A stretch of DNA of 63,773 bases, filler included, from Aduncisulcus paluster (lineage: Eukaryota), in the NCBI GenBank assembly GCA_024181965.1. It is 5 parts of 5 records of this genome, joined end to end, with 100 filler letters (N's around TTAATTAATTAA, not from the genome) between each part and the next. Parts side by side here need not be neighbours in the genome. Positions count along the whole stretch, not along the records: positions 23,067 to 46,140 come from BQXS01012470.1; 4 more parts are not named here. One strand, given 5' to 3'. Each line of letters opens with the position of its first letter. Within the stretch, counting starts at the first letter, position 1. Positions 24,031-35,193 of this stretch are shown here, one piece after another. The notes beneath the pieces are model-generated. The model was not told where the DNA came from, did no database searches, and saw only the letters and a list, made by a program, of their open reading frames with translations. The translations under genes and the position numbers were made by a program.

Positions 24031-24480
24031 GTTTTGATGCCATTTACATGGCCTAAACACCTGAGAAATGTGTGTTTGTTGTGAAAGACGGTGTTTATTG
24101 AGATGAATAAAATTAACTTTCTTGAAATTCAATGATTTTGGATAACTCCTCGTTTTCATCGTTTATATTGTTAGATCTATCTTTCGAAGGTTTCGAAGTG
24201 CTTTCCATCGTTGATAAGTGTTCTGTCGGTCTTTGAAGATGTTTTGGAGAGAAAGCAACTCTCGGCATCCTAACTCAGGGCATTGGTGACAGTCACCGTG
24301 ACTTCCTGAGGAAAAGTATCTCATCCAAATTCAGCATCTACACCGAGATTTATTCTATTCCATCGATATCTCAGATATCATATCTCCAATGAAGCCTCCA
24401 GAACGTGAACTGGATCTTAGAAAGATCTTTCAATTCTAATTCCTCAATCCTAATGCAGATTATTTCATGTCCATTCGGTA

Positions 24481-24966
24481 TCATTCTTTTTCATCTAGTT
24501 GCATTTTGATCTCAATAGTATCTTTATAATGTTCCCATGGAAGAAGGGACAATCGTTCAATAATTTCACTTTCATCTGGCATTGTAAAAACAAGGGAGCA
24601 AATGCCAAACCATCGACAATTCTTCTCATCCCACGTTCCTTTCCCTTCAATCTCACACAAAACAATATTCGACAAATCAATAGGAAGGAAGTGCCATGCA
24701 TACAAATTATGAGGTTCTGTGAATTCATACTTCTTGTATGTCTTCTTGCCATCAGAGTCGCTAAAAGTGAAGAGAAGAGAGGGTGAACTACCATACTTAT
24801 GAACACAGATGTAAGCCCCTTTCACAGGATGAGGCAATAGAAAAGGAATAGAAAGATAGGATAAGTGAACATCATCAACTTCCCCCTTTAACATTCTTTG
24901 TGCTCTTGAAGACGATATCTCATGGATAGAGATGTGAAATCGTGAAAGAACTGCTAAATAGAACAC
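24481..24966 (-). pseudogene. 5'-truncated copy (last module) of the gene family at 27330-28436
   Basis: RAQRMLKGE...LSIPF...KGAYICV...SSPSLLFTF...WHFLPIDL...VLCEIEGKG...SLVFT...ERLSLLPW; no credible N-terminus. Confidence 0.75.
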
Positions 24967-25042
24967 GAATCACATAAATGTCTGCGAATGAACAATATAT
25001 TCAAAATAAACACCAATTTGTGCAAGATTATGCAGAAATAAA

Positions 25043-25245
25043 CAAACTTCCATTTTCATATTTCTATTTTTAGAAATTCTATTTTTAGAATTCACATTTT
25101 TCAAATAACTCTAAAATTGGGTAATAACGTTATTTTGCGAGTTTATAATGAGATTTTTAACAAGATAAAACGATGTTATCAGAACAATTGATATACACAC
25201 TTCGTTTCTCCATAAGTGCCAAGAGTCAATGTTCAACCAGATCAA
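25043..25245 (-). repeat. Right arm of the degenerate inverted repeat
   Basis: Reverse complement aligns with 23838-24030. Confidence 0.8.
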
Positions 25246-25381
25246 GTCTTGATCAAGATTCAAACAGTATCGTCAATGAACAACAAATGATTATATGTCA
25301 ATATCCAAGTCTTGATGATAGCTTTGGAAACAATTATCAACAATTATAAACCATCTCATCTTGAGATAAGAGATTCAGAAC

Positions 25382-25517
25382 TCATTCCACATCCTTTTCT
25401 TTCCCCACAATATCGTCTTTAGACTCTTCCCAAGGCAGAAGAGAGAGTCGTTCAATGATTTCACTTTCAGCTGGCATGGTAAAAACAAGGGAGCAAATCC
25501 AGAACCATCGATTATTA
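25382..25517 (-). pseudogene. Isolated 3' end of the same gene family
   Basis: Reads NNRWFWICSLVFTMPAESEIIERLSLLPWEESKDDIVGKEKDVE*; not in the ORF track. Confidence 0.8.
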
Positions 25518-25569
25518 TCTGGTATTGTTTGTGCTAAAATATGACATTATCTTTTCAAAAAATTTGTTT

Positions 25570-26171
25570 TCAGTAATTATAACTCCTAAAACTCCAATGG
25601 AAATCAAAGAAAAACACCATGAAGCAGTACAAAATAACGAGAAGAATCAAATTCCCTCCACCCAAAAGCACAATGTAAAACGAAAAATACAATTCACTGT
25701 CGCCAAAAATGTTCCAAAATTTAGCCTTAACAAGTGATTTCCACACTGGAGTTGTATTTATCCCAAAAATCAGTGTCAATTCCCTTGCAGAACATCCCTG
25801 GGTTCAATGTATGAAATACTTTAAGAGCATACAATTCATCTTTTGTCGGTTCTCGATATTTATCTTTCCATTCTTTTTTTTGCTCATCACTTAAAGCATC
25901 AAAATATAAATCTTTGGCTTCCCTGGAGAAATGAAAAGGATGTGGATATGTTTCCTCTTTTTTCATTGTTCGTATAATGGCGCTTGCTCTTGGTTTATGT
26001 GCAAGAGCAATTTTTTCTGGGGGATACGTAATTTTTGAAGAGTGGGACGTTTTAGGAAGTTTCAAAGGAAATTCAGGTATTTCTCTAGGACCTTTTTTTT
26101 TTTCTTTCTTCTATTCGTCTTCTAGCATGGAAAGAATTTCTACTGCCTCTACTACCATGGTGGGGATGCAT
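25570..26171 (-). pseudogene. Frameshifted hypothetical gene with hydrophobic C-terminal segment
   Basis: ATG at 26171 (MHPHHGSRGSR...) joins ORF 26065-25727 if one A is removed from the A11 run at 26093-26103. A second shift leads into ORF 25779-25570. Confidence 0.45.
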
Positions 26172-26195
26172 TATTGTTTCTCAAAATCTTATTTT

Positions 26196-26385
26196 TAATA
26201 ATGGTATTTGTGAACAACCAGAATAAATGCGAATTTCAAGGAGAACAGTCCGAGAAACAAAGACTAAACGATCAAAACGAACAAGAAACGACCACACAGC
26301 ACAATATAGTGAATATAATTGAATAAATTCGGTTAAAATATTTCTTAATATACATTTAATAAAAGATGCGGCATATAGTAAACAT
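26196..26385. repeat. Dispersed non-coding repeat, copy 1
   Basis: CAGAATAAATGCGAATTTCAAGGAGAA.AGTCCGAGAAACAAAGAC...ACAAGAAACGACCACA.AGCACAATATAGTGAATATAATT shared with 28797-28995. Confidence 0.85.
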
Positions 26386-26879
26386 ACATTTTGCTTGTTT
26401 GCCAAGAAACCGAAAAAATGGATATCTCAGGCTTTTGGGGACTCTTCAGGACTGGATATAGTTCTATTTCGCGTGTTAAGAACATTTATGAACGAGTTAA
26501 ATGCTATTTAATAACATGGATATATTTCCATTACATTTCTATCCTTATAAAAAGTTGTGTGTTTATTTATAGGACGTAACAGGTTCTCGCTAAATTTTTA
26601 AACTCCTTATCCTTGCCTTTCTGTTCATTTTCACTTGCTTTTGCTTACAAACAAAAATATCAAGAACTCGGAATACTATGGTATACATGTGTCTGTATAC
26701 TGCTATGAATCTAATCCCCTGATGCTTCATGGAACACGACATTTCCTTCTCCTCCCCAACTCCAACTCCAACTCCAACGCTCCAATGCCAGATCCTGATC
26801 ATCCGATACATTTAATACTGTGCTTTGTGCTATTTCACCCTAGATTGACAATGTGACAATCATGGAAAGTGATATCGTA

Positions 26880-27060
26880 GGTTTTTGAATTGCAGTTGGA
26901 ATGGGTATGGTTTTCAGTGTTTGGGATAAAGCCTTTCATACACTAATGGTAAAAGAACCACGATTGTAATCAAATCGATCCTGATTATGGTTATGGCGAT
27001 TCTATTCCACCTGATTGCACTCTCATATTTGATGTTGAATTATTAGGAATCAAGAAATAA
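26880..27060 (+). pseudogene. FKBP-type peptidyl-prolyl isomerase relic
   Basis: VGMGMVFSVWDKAFHTLMVKE, then after a frameshift IDPDYGYGDSIPPDCTLIFDVELLGIKK*: the FKBP C-terminal signature with stops and shifts. Confidence 0.8.
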
Positions 27061-27329
27061 CGTCTGAAAAGAACAAACGAATTGATTTTATTGGGTTTTA
27101 GATATATTTTCTCTTGCTCAGAAATCAAAGTTCTCAAAATCAGTTTGAGAATCTCTCTTTCCGGGACAATACATTGAATGCATTGCATTCGACTTCCGTT
27201 TCCAACTCATAAGCCCTATGGCATAGAAATTTTGTCCAACAATCAAGAATAAAGACCCCGGAAATAAAAACAGGTACTTTTTATTTTTTATTCTTCACAC
27301 AATATTAGTATTTTATACCATTTCTTGAA

Positions 27330-28436
27330 TTATTTCCATGGAAGTAGAGATAATCGTTCGGCTGCAATGGTTTCCTCGGGCAAAGTAAATACAAGGGAGT
27401 AGATGTAGAAACATTGACAATTCTTCCAACCCCACCTTCCTTTCCCTTCAATCTCACACAATACAACATTATCCAAATCAATAGGAAGGAAGTGCCATTC
27501 ATAGTAATGTTTAAGTTTTGTGAATTCATACTTCTTGCATGTCTTCTTACCATCACAATCAGTGAAAGTGAAGAGAAGAGAGGGTGAACTATACCCCCAG
27601 TCCACACAGATACAAGCACCTTTCAGAGGACTAGGTGATGGGAAAGGGATGGAAAGATGGGATAAGGATACAAAATCTTCCCCTTTTAACATTCTTTGAG
27701 CTCCTAAACTCTTATCATAATACCTAGATTCATAACTCACCGAATTATCCTTACACTTAACCATTGAGAATGAAGGGTCTACAAGCTTTGGATCATCTCG
27801 TGGAATGGGAATAGAATCTCTACCAAAAGATTCTTCATCTCCTTCCTGAACAAACTCTGGTTTCACAACTGGAGCTTCAGACCATAGTTTCTCTCTGGCT
27901 TCACGAGCTGCGATTTCTTCAGGAGTTTCTTCTCGAAAGAAAACAAGGGATTTGATTCCAAAAGACTCTTTCCTTCTTCCTTTCCCTGTAATCTCACACA
28001 GAACAACATCAGGGAGATCAACAGGAAGGAAACACCAATGATCTCCGTAAAATTCATGAAATTTATACCTCTTGGATGTTCTTTCGCCTTTTGAAGATGT
28101 AAGAGTGAAGATAAGGTGTGATGGAGGTGAGTCCGAATCAAAATAATCCCATAAACAGATATAAGCCCCTTTCATTGGGGAAGCTGAAGAGAAAGGAATG
28201 GAGATATGGGTAAAATTTACATCATTACCCTCTCCTTTCATTATTTTTTGTGCTTTAGAACTCAGATCATACCCAGCTCGACCTTTTTTCTTCGTTCCAT
28301 CTATTGCTTTGATTTTTAGAAGGTCAGCACTCCTAATATTCGGGGCATCGAGGGGGATTGGGCAGCAAGATTTATCTCCTTCATGAACAAACTCATGTTC
28401 CACAGTTTGAATAACAGCATCTGTGGATGAACTCAT
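27330..28436 (-). CDS. Lineage-specific family protein with two ~180-aa beta-rich modules
   Basis: Two copies of EFV.EGD...PIP.D.P...AQ..KGE...H.SIPF...KGA.IC...W.FLP.DL..VVLCEI.GKG...SLVF. Likely start MSSSTDAV. Confidence 0.85.
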   Translation of the reverse strand: MSSSTDAVIQTVEHEFVHEGDKSCCPIPLDAPNIRSADLLKIKAIDGTKKKGRAGYDLSSKAQKIMKGEGNDVNFTHISIPFSSASPMKGAYICLWDYFDSDSPPSHLIFTLTSSKGERTSKRYKFHEFYGDHWCFLPVDLPDVVLCEITGKGRRKESFGIKSLVFFREETPEEIAAREAREKLWSEAPVVKPEFVQEGDEESFGRDSIPIPRDDPKLVDPSFSMVKCKDNSVSYESRYYDKSLGAQRMLKGEDFVSLSHLSIPFPSPSPLKGACICVDWGYSSPSLLFTFTDCDGKKTCKKYEFTKLKHYYEWHFLPIDLDNVVLCEIEGKGRWGWKNCQCFYIYSLVFTLPEETIAAERLSLLPWK

Positions 28437-28796
28437 TTTAATATCGATAGGATATCTTATCAAAAAAAATAAAACAAGCAGAATAATAATAGTATTTGTA
28501 AACAAACAGAATAAATGCGAATTTCAAGGAGAATAGTCCGAGAAACAAAGACAAAACTAACAAAACGAACAAAATGCACAAGAAACGACCACATAGCACA
28601 ATATAGTGAATATAANNNNNNNNNNNNNNNNNNNNGGTCAGCACTCCTAATATTCGGGGCATCGAGGGGGATTGGGCAGCAAGATTTATCTCCTTCATGA
28701 ACAAACTCATGTTCCACAGTTTGAATAACAGCATCTGTGGATGAACTCATTTTAATATCGATAGGATATCTTATCAAAAAAAATAAAACAAGCAGA

Positions 28797-28995
28797 ATAA
28801 TAATAGTATTTGTAAACAAACAGAATAAATGCGAATTTCAAGGAGAATAGTCCGAGAAACAAAGACAAAACTAACAAAACGAACAAAATGCACAAGAAAC
28901 GACCACATAGCACAATATAGTGAATATAATTAGAACACACCAATTAAAATATGTCTTAATGTATATTTAACAAAAGATATGACATACAGTAATTA
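28797..28995. repeat. Dispersed non-coding repeat, copy 2
   Basis: Homologous to 26196-26385 in the same orientation, upstream of the family gene ATG. The extra copy at 28483-28615 is a gap duplication. Confidence 0.85.
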
Positions 28996-29110
28996 TGTAA
29001 TATAGTTATTAACGCAGGAAAAGATTCTGATAAGTTGAGCATTGTTGAAACTCAATTACATTTATTATTTTGCCTATTTCATCGACACCATAACCAAAGA
29101 AGCAATAAAA

Positions 29111-29213
29111 GCTCTCTCTAAGGGCTCGAACCGAAGACGAATGATTAAGGGGCTGATACTGGCGTATATTTCATCACAGTGATCCATTATGATGGATCAA
29201 CGACGACAAAAGC
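29111..29213 (-). pseudogene. tRNA-like relic or candidate Pol III unit; 3' half resembles tRNA-Lys(CTT)
   Basis: Minus strand ...CTTAATCATTCGTCTTCGGTTCGAGCCCTTAGAGAGAGC-TTTT: B-box GGTTCGAGCCC and T4 run. T-stem is imperfect and there is no D arm or A-box. Confidence 0.35.
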
Positions 29214-29412
29214 ATTGTACAATAAAATAACAAAATAGTAACAATGTGAAACAACATGAAAACAATACGGATTGTGCACTAATAAGCAAAGAATAGAACT
29301 ATCAACACTACATTCCCAGTGATGACCGGAAACTCATCCTAAAACAAAAAGAATTAATTTGAAAGCAAAACGAAATAAAAAGTATAAATATGGAAAATAT
29401 CATTTTCCAAGA

Positions 29413-32400
29413 TTATATGTTGTTCACAAAGTGGAATCCAGATTTAAATTTTCCACTTAACCTGGCTGGAGATGCTGACCTACTCGAAGGCCTTGAAGGA
29501 GATCTCAATCCACCACTGGAACTTCCAGAGAGCAATTTCCCGTGAGAACTCCTTGTCAATGTCATGCTGTGTCGGAGAGGGGAAGGATGCACAGTAGACG
29601 AAGATGACAACCTGCTAGGCGACCGATTTAATGCTGCTGGCGATGTTCTATTCAACATTCCAATGTCAACACTACTTCTCCTCCCAGATTCATTACCAAT
29701 ACTTCCTTTCCTCTTATCCTTTCGAACAGAACTTTTTCCTTTCACTTTCATCAACAAATCAGAACTCACTTCTCCAAAATCGTCGTCTTCTTCCTCCATT
29801 TGTTCTGCAAGTGCTTGGATATTGTGCCTAACGGGGTCGATTATGCCAGCATCAATGGATTCACGTCTAGTAAGTGAAAAGGAAGCAGAAGGTGAAGAGG
29901 CGAGNNNNNNNNNNNNNNNNNNNNGACAACCTGCTAGGCGACCGATTTAATGCTGCTGGCGATGTTCTATTCAACATTCCAATGTCAACACTACTTCTCC
30001 TCCCAGATTCATTACCAATACTTCCTTTCCTCTTATCCTTTCGAACAGAACTTTTTCCTTTCACTTTCATCAACAAATCAGAACTCACTTCTCCAAAATC
30101 GTCGTCTTCTTCCTCCATTTGTTCTGCAAGTGCTTGGATATTGTGCCTAACGGGGTCGATTATGCCAGCATCAATGGATTCACGTCTAGTAAGTGAAAAG
30201 GAAGCAGAAGGTGAAGAGGCGAGTTGTTTTTTGCTTGAAGAACGAGCCAAAGGTTTTGAACTCTTTCGTTCATCAACATCTGGTGAAGAGAGCATGGACG
30301 ATGACTGTGCATCTTTAATATATAATTCATGATGTTCGGTAACATTCGAATGAGATTCAATGGGGATAACTTTGGAAGGGGGAGACACAGGCACGATACC
30401 AACATCCGGTTTTGGATGATCAGGAAGGTCAGGATTGGATTGTGGTTCAGAAGATTCTTGAGTGGATTGTTGAGGATTAGATGAGTGCAACGATCTTTGC
30501 TTATCAACAGACACATATAAAACTTTATGAATGTCGTCAAGAGGCCTTGCTTTATCTGGTTCTTCTTTCAAACCCTCCTCTTCCTCATCCTCCTCTTCCT
30601 CTTCCTCCTCTTCTTCGCCTTCCATTTCTTCTTCCATTTCATATTCGTATTCATTTTGTGGTTCGTATTGTCCAATTGTATCCTCGGAACAATGGATTTG
30701 GTTGGGAGTGAATTCTTGTTCTTGCTGATCCAAGAATTGGTCCCTTCGATCTTTCATCTTTTGAACAGCATCTTTGGCCCTTTTTTCTTCGTCTACCATT
30801 TGGCACACCCATGCATATTGCTGGTCCTCCACGTCCTTCTTGAGATTCCGGCGAGAGGAGAGCACACCAGACGACGATGAGAATGAAAAAGAGGATGAAG
30901 AAGAGAGAGAAGAAGTGGAAAGGGAGGTGGAAAGAGGTTGAGTTGGCAAATGTTGTTTGGAGAGAGCAGATTTCATCCTTTTCTTCTTTTTCTTTGGAGT
31001 AAGTTTGGTAGAATCAACAATATGTGATGACAAAGACCCTGAAAAACCAAGATCTTCCGATAAAATATGAGAATCCTTTCCTTGGTGTTCGTATCCAAGT
31101 ATTTGTGACCTTGGACTTGTTCCTTTCGTCCATATGGCCCTTCCTGGACTGTTATGACCAATATTTCCACCCATCATATCCATATTCCTCGAAGAACCAA
31201 TGATTGGGGAATCAAGAGAATATTGGCGACCAATGTATGAATCCCTGTCCATTGTATAATCACGGATAGGTGACTTAGCTTTTGTTGTGGTTAGTCTAAA
31301 ACGCTGTTCCCATTGTTCTTGCTCCTTCCTTTCCTTATCCCGCATCAGAAGCTCCCTCTCTCTCTTCCTTTCCTCGCTCAAACGATAATCTCGCTCTTTT
31401 TTGGACTCTTCGAACTTCTCCTTGGCATATAGGAGTGAGTATGATTGCTTTGGAGAAGCGTCGATGGTTGCAGCTCTCTCAATGGTATCCATGACTTGAG
31501 ACAACGAGAGCATGTCATTCTTCATGGATATACGTTTCAGAGCCTTCTTTTCACGCTTAATTTCGGCATCAAGAACAGGATTGTCGCCCTGAGTAAGATA
31601 TTCCTTACTCAATGGATATGAACTGCTCGTTCCATCTTGCACACTCCTTCCCTGATATGGGTGAGAAAGAGGAGGAGGGGGAAGAGCAGTCCGATGGTGA
31701 TAAGGACTTTGTGTAACATGATGCGGATGGGAATGAGCATATCCATCATAGTCATTGTTGGAAGATCCCCATACGTTATAGGATATCCCTTCATGATGAT
31801 GGGCATGGGAGGTTGGAGGGTACATTGAAGCGAGATACTGCTGACGCTCTCTCTCTTCTTGTTCCCTCTCTCGTTCTTCAAGCTCACGCTGCATCCGTTC
31901 CTTTCGAAGCTGTGTCTGAGATACGGGAAGACGGGATACATTTGGAACAGCTTCTCTCCATGGTCGCGAAGATCGCATGGCACCCTCTGATTGGAGTTTC
32001 TTCTTACGTTGAAGAACCCTCTCTCTTTTTCTGTCAATCTCACTCTTTCTGGAGCCACCAATCAATCCATGGGGTCCAACAGAACGTCTCATTCGAGGAG
32101 ATCTGCCATGCATGTCAGAAGGAACAGAAGGGTTATGTGACCAGCGATTAATGGGCTTAGAATCATCGGAATATGCCATAGGTTGGAATGAAGGTCCACG
32201 AACATTCTCGGAAGCTGGTTCCGATGGATCCATGGCTCCCGCCGTATTGTTTCCATTGTTGACGATAGAGTGAAACATCTCATCTTGATCAAAGTCATCA
32301 CGTGGTTCCATGACAATGTTAGCTCTCAGTGAACTCTTTTGTCTCGCAGGGGATCTTGCCCTCTTTGTGCTACCTCCTTTTTCATCCATGTATGTATGCA

Positions 32401-34807
32401 AGGGAGAGGATCGAACAGAAGGTGAAGCTGGCGAGAAGAACTGGCTTTGTTGCTGCGTTCTGTGCTGGAATACTTTGGAAGGAGTATGTGGTGAAATGAA
32501 GGCTTTATGTTCCTCGGTGAGGGCACGGACAAGGTCACCAAGCTCATCAACTTCACCCTTTTCGGTCGACAACAGACATTCGGCAGACGTCGGAGGAGAC
32601 AAAGTTTTATGGAGAACTTTAATGGCTCTCGTCTTCTTCCTTGCTCGCTTTCCAGCTGAACCAGGAGTTGTGCGAATTGGAGAGGAAGTTGAACGTTGTT
32701 TGGTTAAAGGCGATTGGGTGCTTTTTGGGGAGTAACGAATCTGAGAAGGGGAAGAGTATTTCTTCACGGGGGAGAGAATAGGGGTCTGAGCAACTGAGGA
32801 GGAAGGAACTCTTGTCCTCCTGGAAGAAGGGCTCACTTGAATAACTCCTTCTCTATCAAAATCGACTCTCGGCGATCTATATTTATATTTTGATCTATTT
32901 TTAGAATCCAAATCGGATGATTGATCATATACACTCCTGTCGCCCTCGAACGTCTGTTCTCTATATTTGTCTCTCTGTCTCGACTCAACTGAGGGTAATG
33001 GTGACTTCTTATCACTTGTAATATCTACCATTTGAGGGTTGCCTAGTTCAATTGGAGATAATTGAGATTCAGAAAGCTGCCCGGTCGAAGGATGCCCTGA
33101 AGTGGCTTGGGGATTAGCACTAAAATGGTTTCCTTGAATTATATCGCCCTTTCTAACAGCACTAAACTGAATAACAAGTCCTCCAAGTGAGTTATCCTCA
33201 TCAAATCTATCATCCAGCTTACTGGGGCTTCCATAGAAGTCAGATGGATGTATTCCGTGCGAATGAGTGTTAATTGTAGTCGATTCACTCTCACTAAACC
33301 CTTTCTTACGCTTTCTACGCCTTTTTGAAGAACCATGATGAGATGAGCGGGACATATGAGGAGGTGAAGATTCATCCAATATCCTCGACACCGGTCTCCT
33401 AGAATCTACAAGCGCAGACTCAAGTAATGCTGTCGGATGAATGGGACTTTCGTGAATAGGCTCACCTCCAGCCCCCTCAGTAAGATCCTTTTCAGCAGGG
33501 GTAATAAGTTCATCCAACTCTTTTTCAGCAATATTGGTGGTATTTTTGGAACCTTTTTTCTTTGAATCACCATCTATTTCGTCGATAGTATAATATTCAT
33601 ATGTATATTCTGAGGAATCAGATCCAGCGATATCGGAGGACGGACGAAGAGATCCATCATGAGATTCATCCTTATCTGACCTAGAATCTACAAGCGCAGA
33701 CTCAAGTAATGCTGTCGGATGAATGGGACTTTCGTGAATAGGCTCACCTCCAGCCCCCTCAGTAAGATCCTTTTCAGCAGGGGTAATAAGTTCATCCAAC
33801 TCTTTTTCAGCAATATTGGTGGTATTTTTGGAACCTTTTTTCTTTGAATCACCATCTATTTCGTCGATAGTATAATATTCATATGTATATTCTGAGGAAT
33901 CAGATCCAGTGATGAGATGAGCGGGACATATGAGGAGGTGAAGATTCATCCAATATCCTCGACACCGGTCTCCTAGAATCTACAAGCGCAGACTCAAGTA
34001 ATGCTGTCGGATGAATGGGACTTTCGTGAATAGGCTCACCTCCAGCCCCCTCAGTAAGATCCTTTTCAGCAGGGGTAATAAGTTCATCCAACTCTTTTTC
34101 AGCAATATTGGTGGTATTTTTGGAACCTTTTTTCTTTGAATCACCATCTATTTCGTCGATAGTATAATATTCATATGTATATTCTGAGGAATCAGATCCA
34201 GCGATATCGGAGGACGGACGAAGAGATCCATCATGAGATTCATCCTTATCTGACCTAGTAATGAGTGGAGAATACGACTTAGGGCTAATGATTGTTACTT
34301 TCTTCTCTTTATGAGCTATTGGAGTTGATACTTCTTTTTCTTGTAAAATCGTGGAGGTTATAATAGAGGGTTCTTTTAATTCAGGAATTGTTTCTAATTT
34401 ACGCGGCTGAGATACTTCAATTGTTGATTTTGACTGGTCAGAATTGCCAGCCCCAGAAGTCTCAGATCTGGGACTTCTAGGAGTGGATCTACCAGAATTT
34501 GTGGATTTTTCTATTGAATCGGTAGTTTTAGACGATGTATGCATATTTTTTGAAGATTTCTTTGACTGAGTAGCCTTCTTTTTATCTTTTTCATGTTTGT
34601 TCTTCTTTTTTGATGTAATCTTAAAATCTATCGTATCTTCGATATTTTTAGAAGATCCCTAAAATGTTTATCAATTCAAAATTGATAAATTCGACCAATT
34701 GTGGAGTAAAAAATTGAAAAATTAGAATATGAGCCAAAAGAAAAAATTCCATTTCAAAAACACAATATTATTTTTTTAAATCAACATACACAACTACAAC
34801 ATGGCAT
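29413..34807 (-). CDS. Large Ser/Pro/Glu-rich disordered protein with 6-codon first exon (MPCCSC); assembly duplications inside
   Basis: ORFs 34544-33900, 33949-29867 and 29799-29413 overlap through exact duplicated blocks. The frame is open up to the acceptor at 34659; exon 34807-34790 splices in frame. Confidence 0.75.
34659..34789 (-). other. Spliceosomal intron, 131 nt
   Basis: GTATGTTG...CATTTTAG, phase 0, joins MPCCSC to GSSKNIEDT. Confidence 0.8.
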
Positions 34808-35193
34808 TTTAGTATTATGGATGCGTGTTTTTCAGCCAAAAACGTGATGTTTTGTTTTAACCTGCTATTTTTTTTATTTTGGCCACAAGTCAATTATTTT
34901 TCTTGGCTGGAATCATTATTCTATTAATCTAATTATTATCTTCCAGGGTTTTTCTTTCTAATCGTTCTTCCTCGAGTTTCCCTCCGTATGCTCCGAGGGT
35001 AATAATAACGATATGATTAACCGCGTTAAATTGTTTGAATATTTCTGCTCAGTTGAACCAGCCCAAGCCCAGCTCTTTTGGTGATAAGGCCCCTTTCCCA
35101 GAAAAAATTTCCCTCCAGGCTGGAGAAATTGATTGGCTCCTCTCAAAATCTCCCTCTAGACCATAATTCTGTCCGAATGCGAATGTTGCTCTA

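Noticed and set aside
33337..34260. Triplicated block (SEYTYEYYTIDE...) with junctions at 33681 and 33910
   Set aside because: Identical copies joined at microhomologies, one breaking the frame; most likely gap-filling or assembly error.
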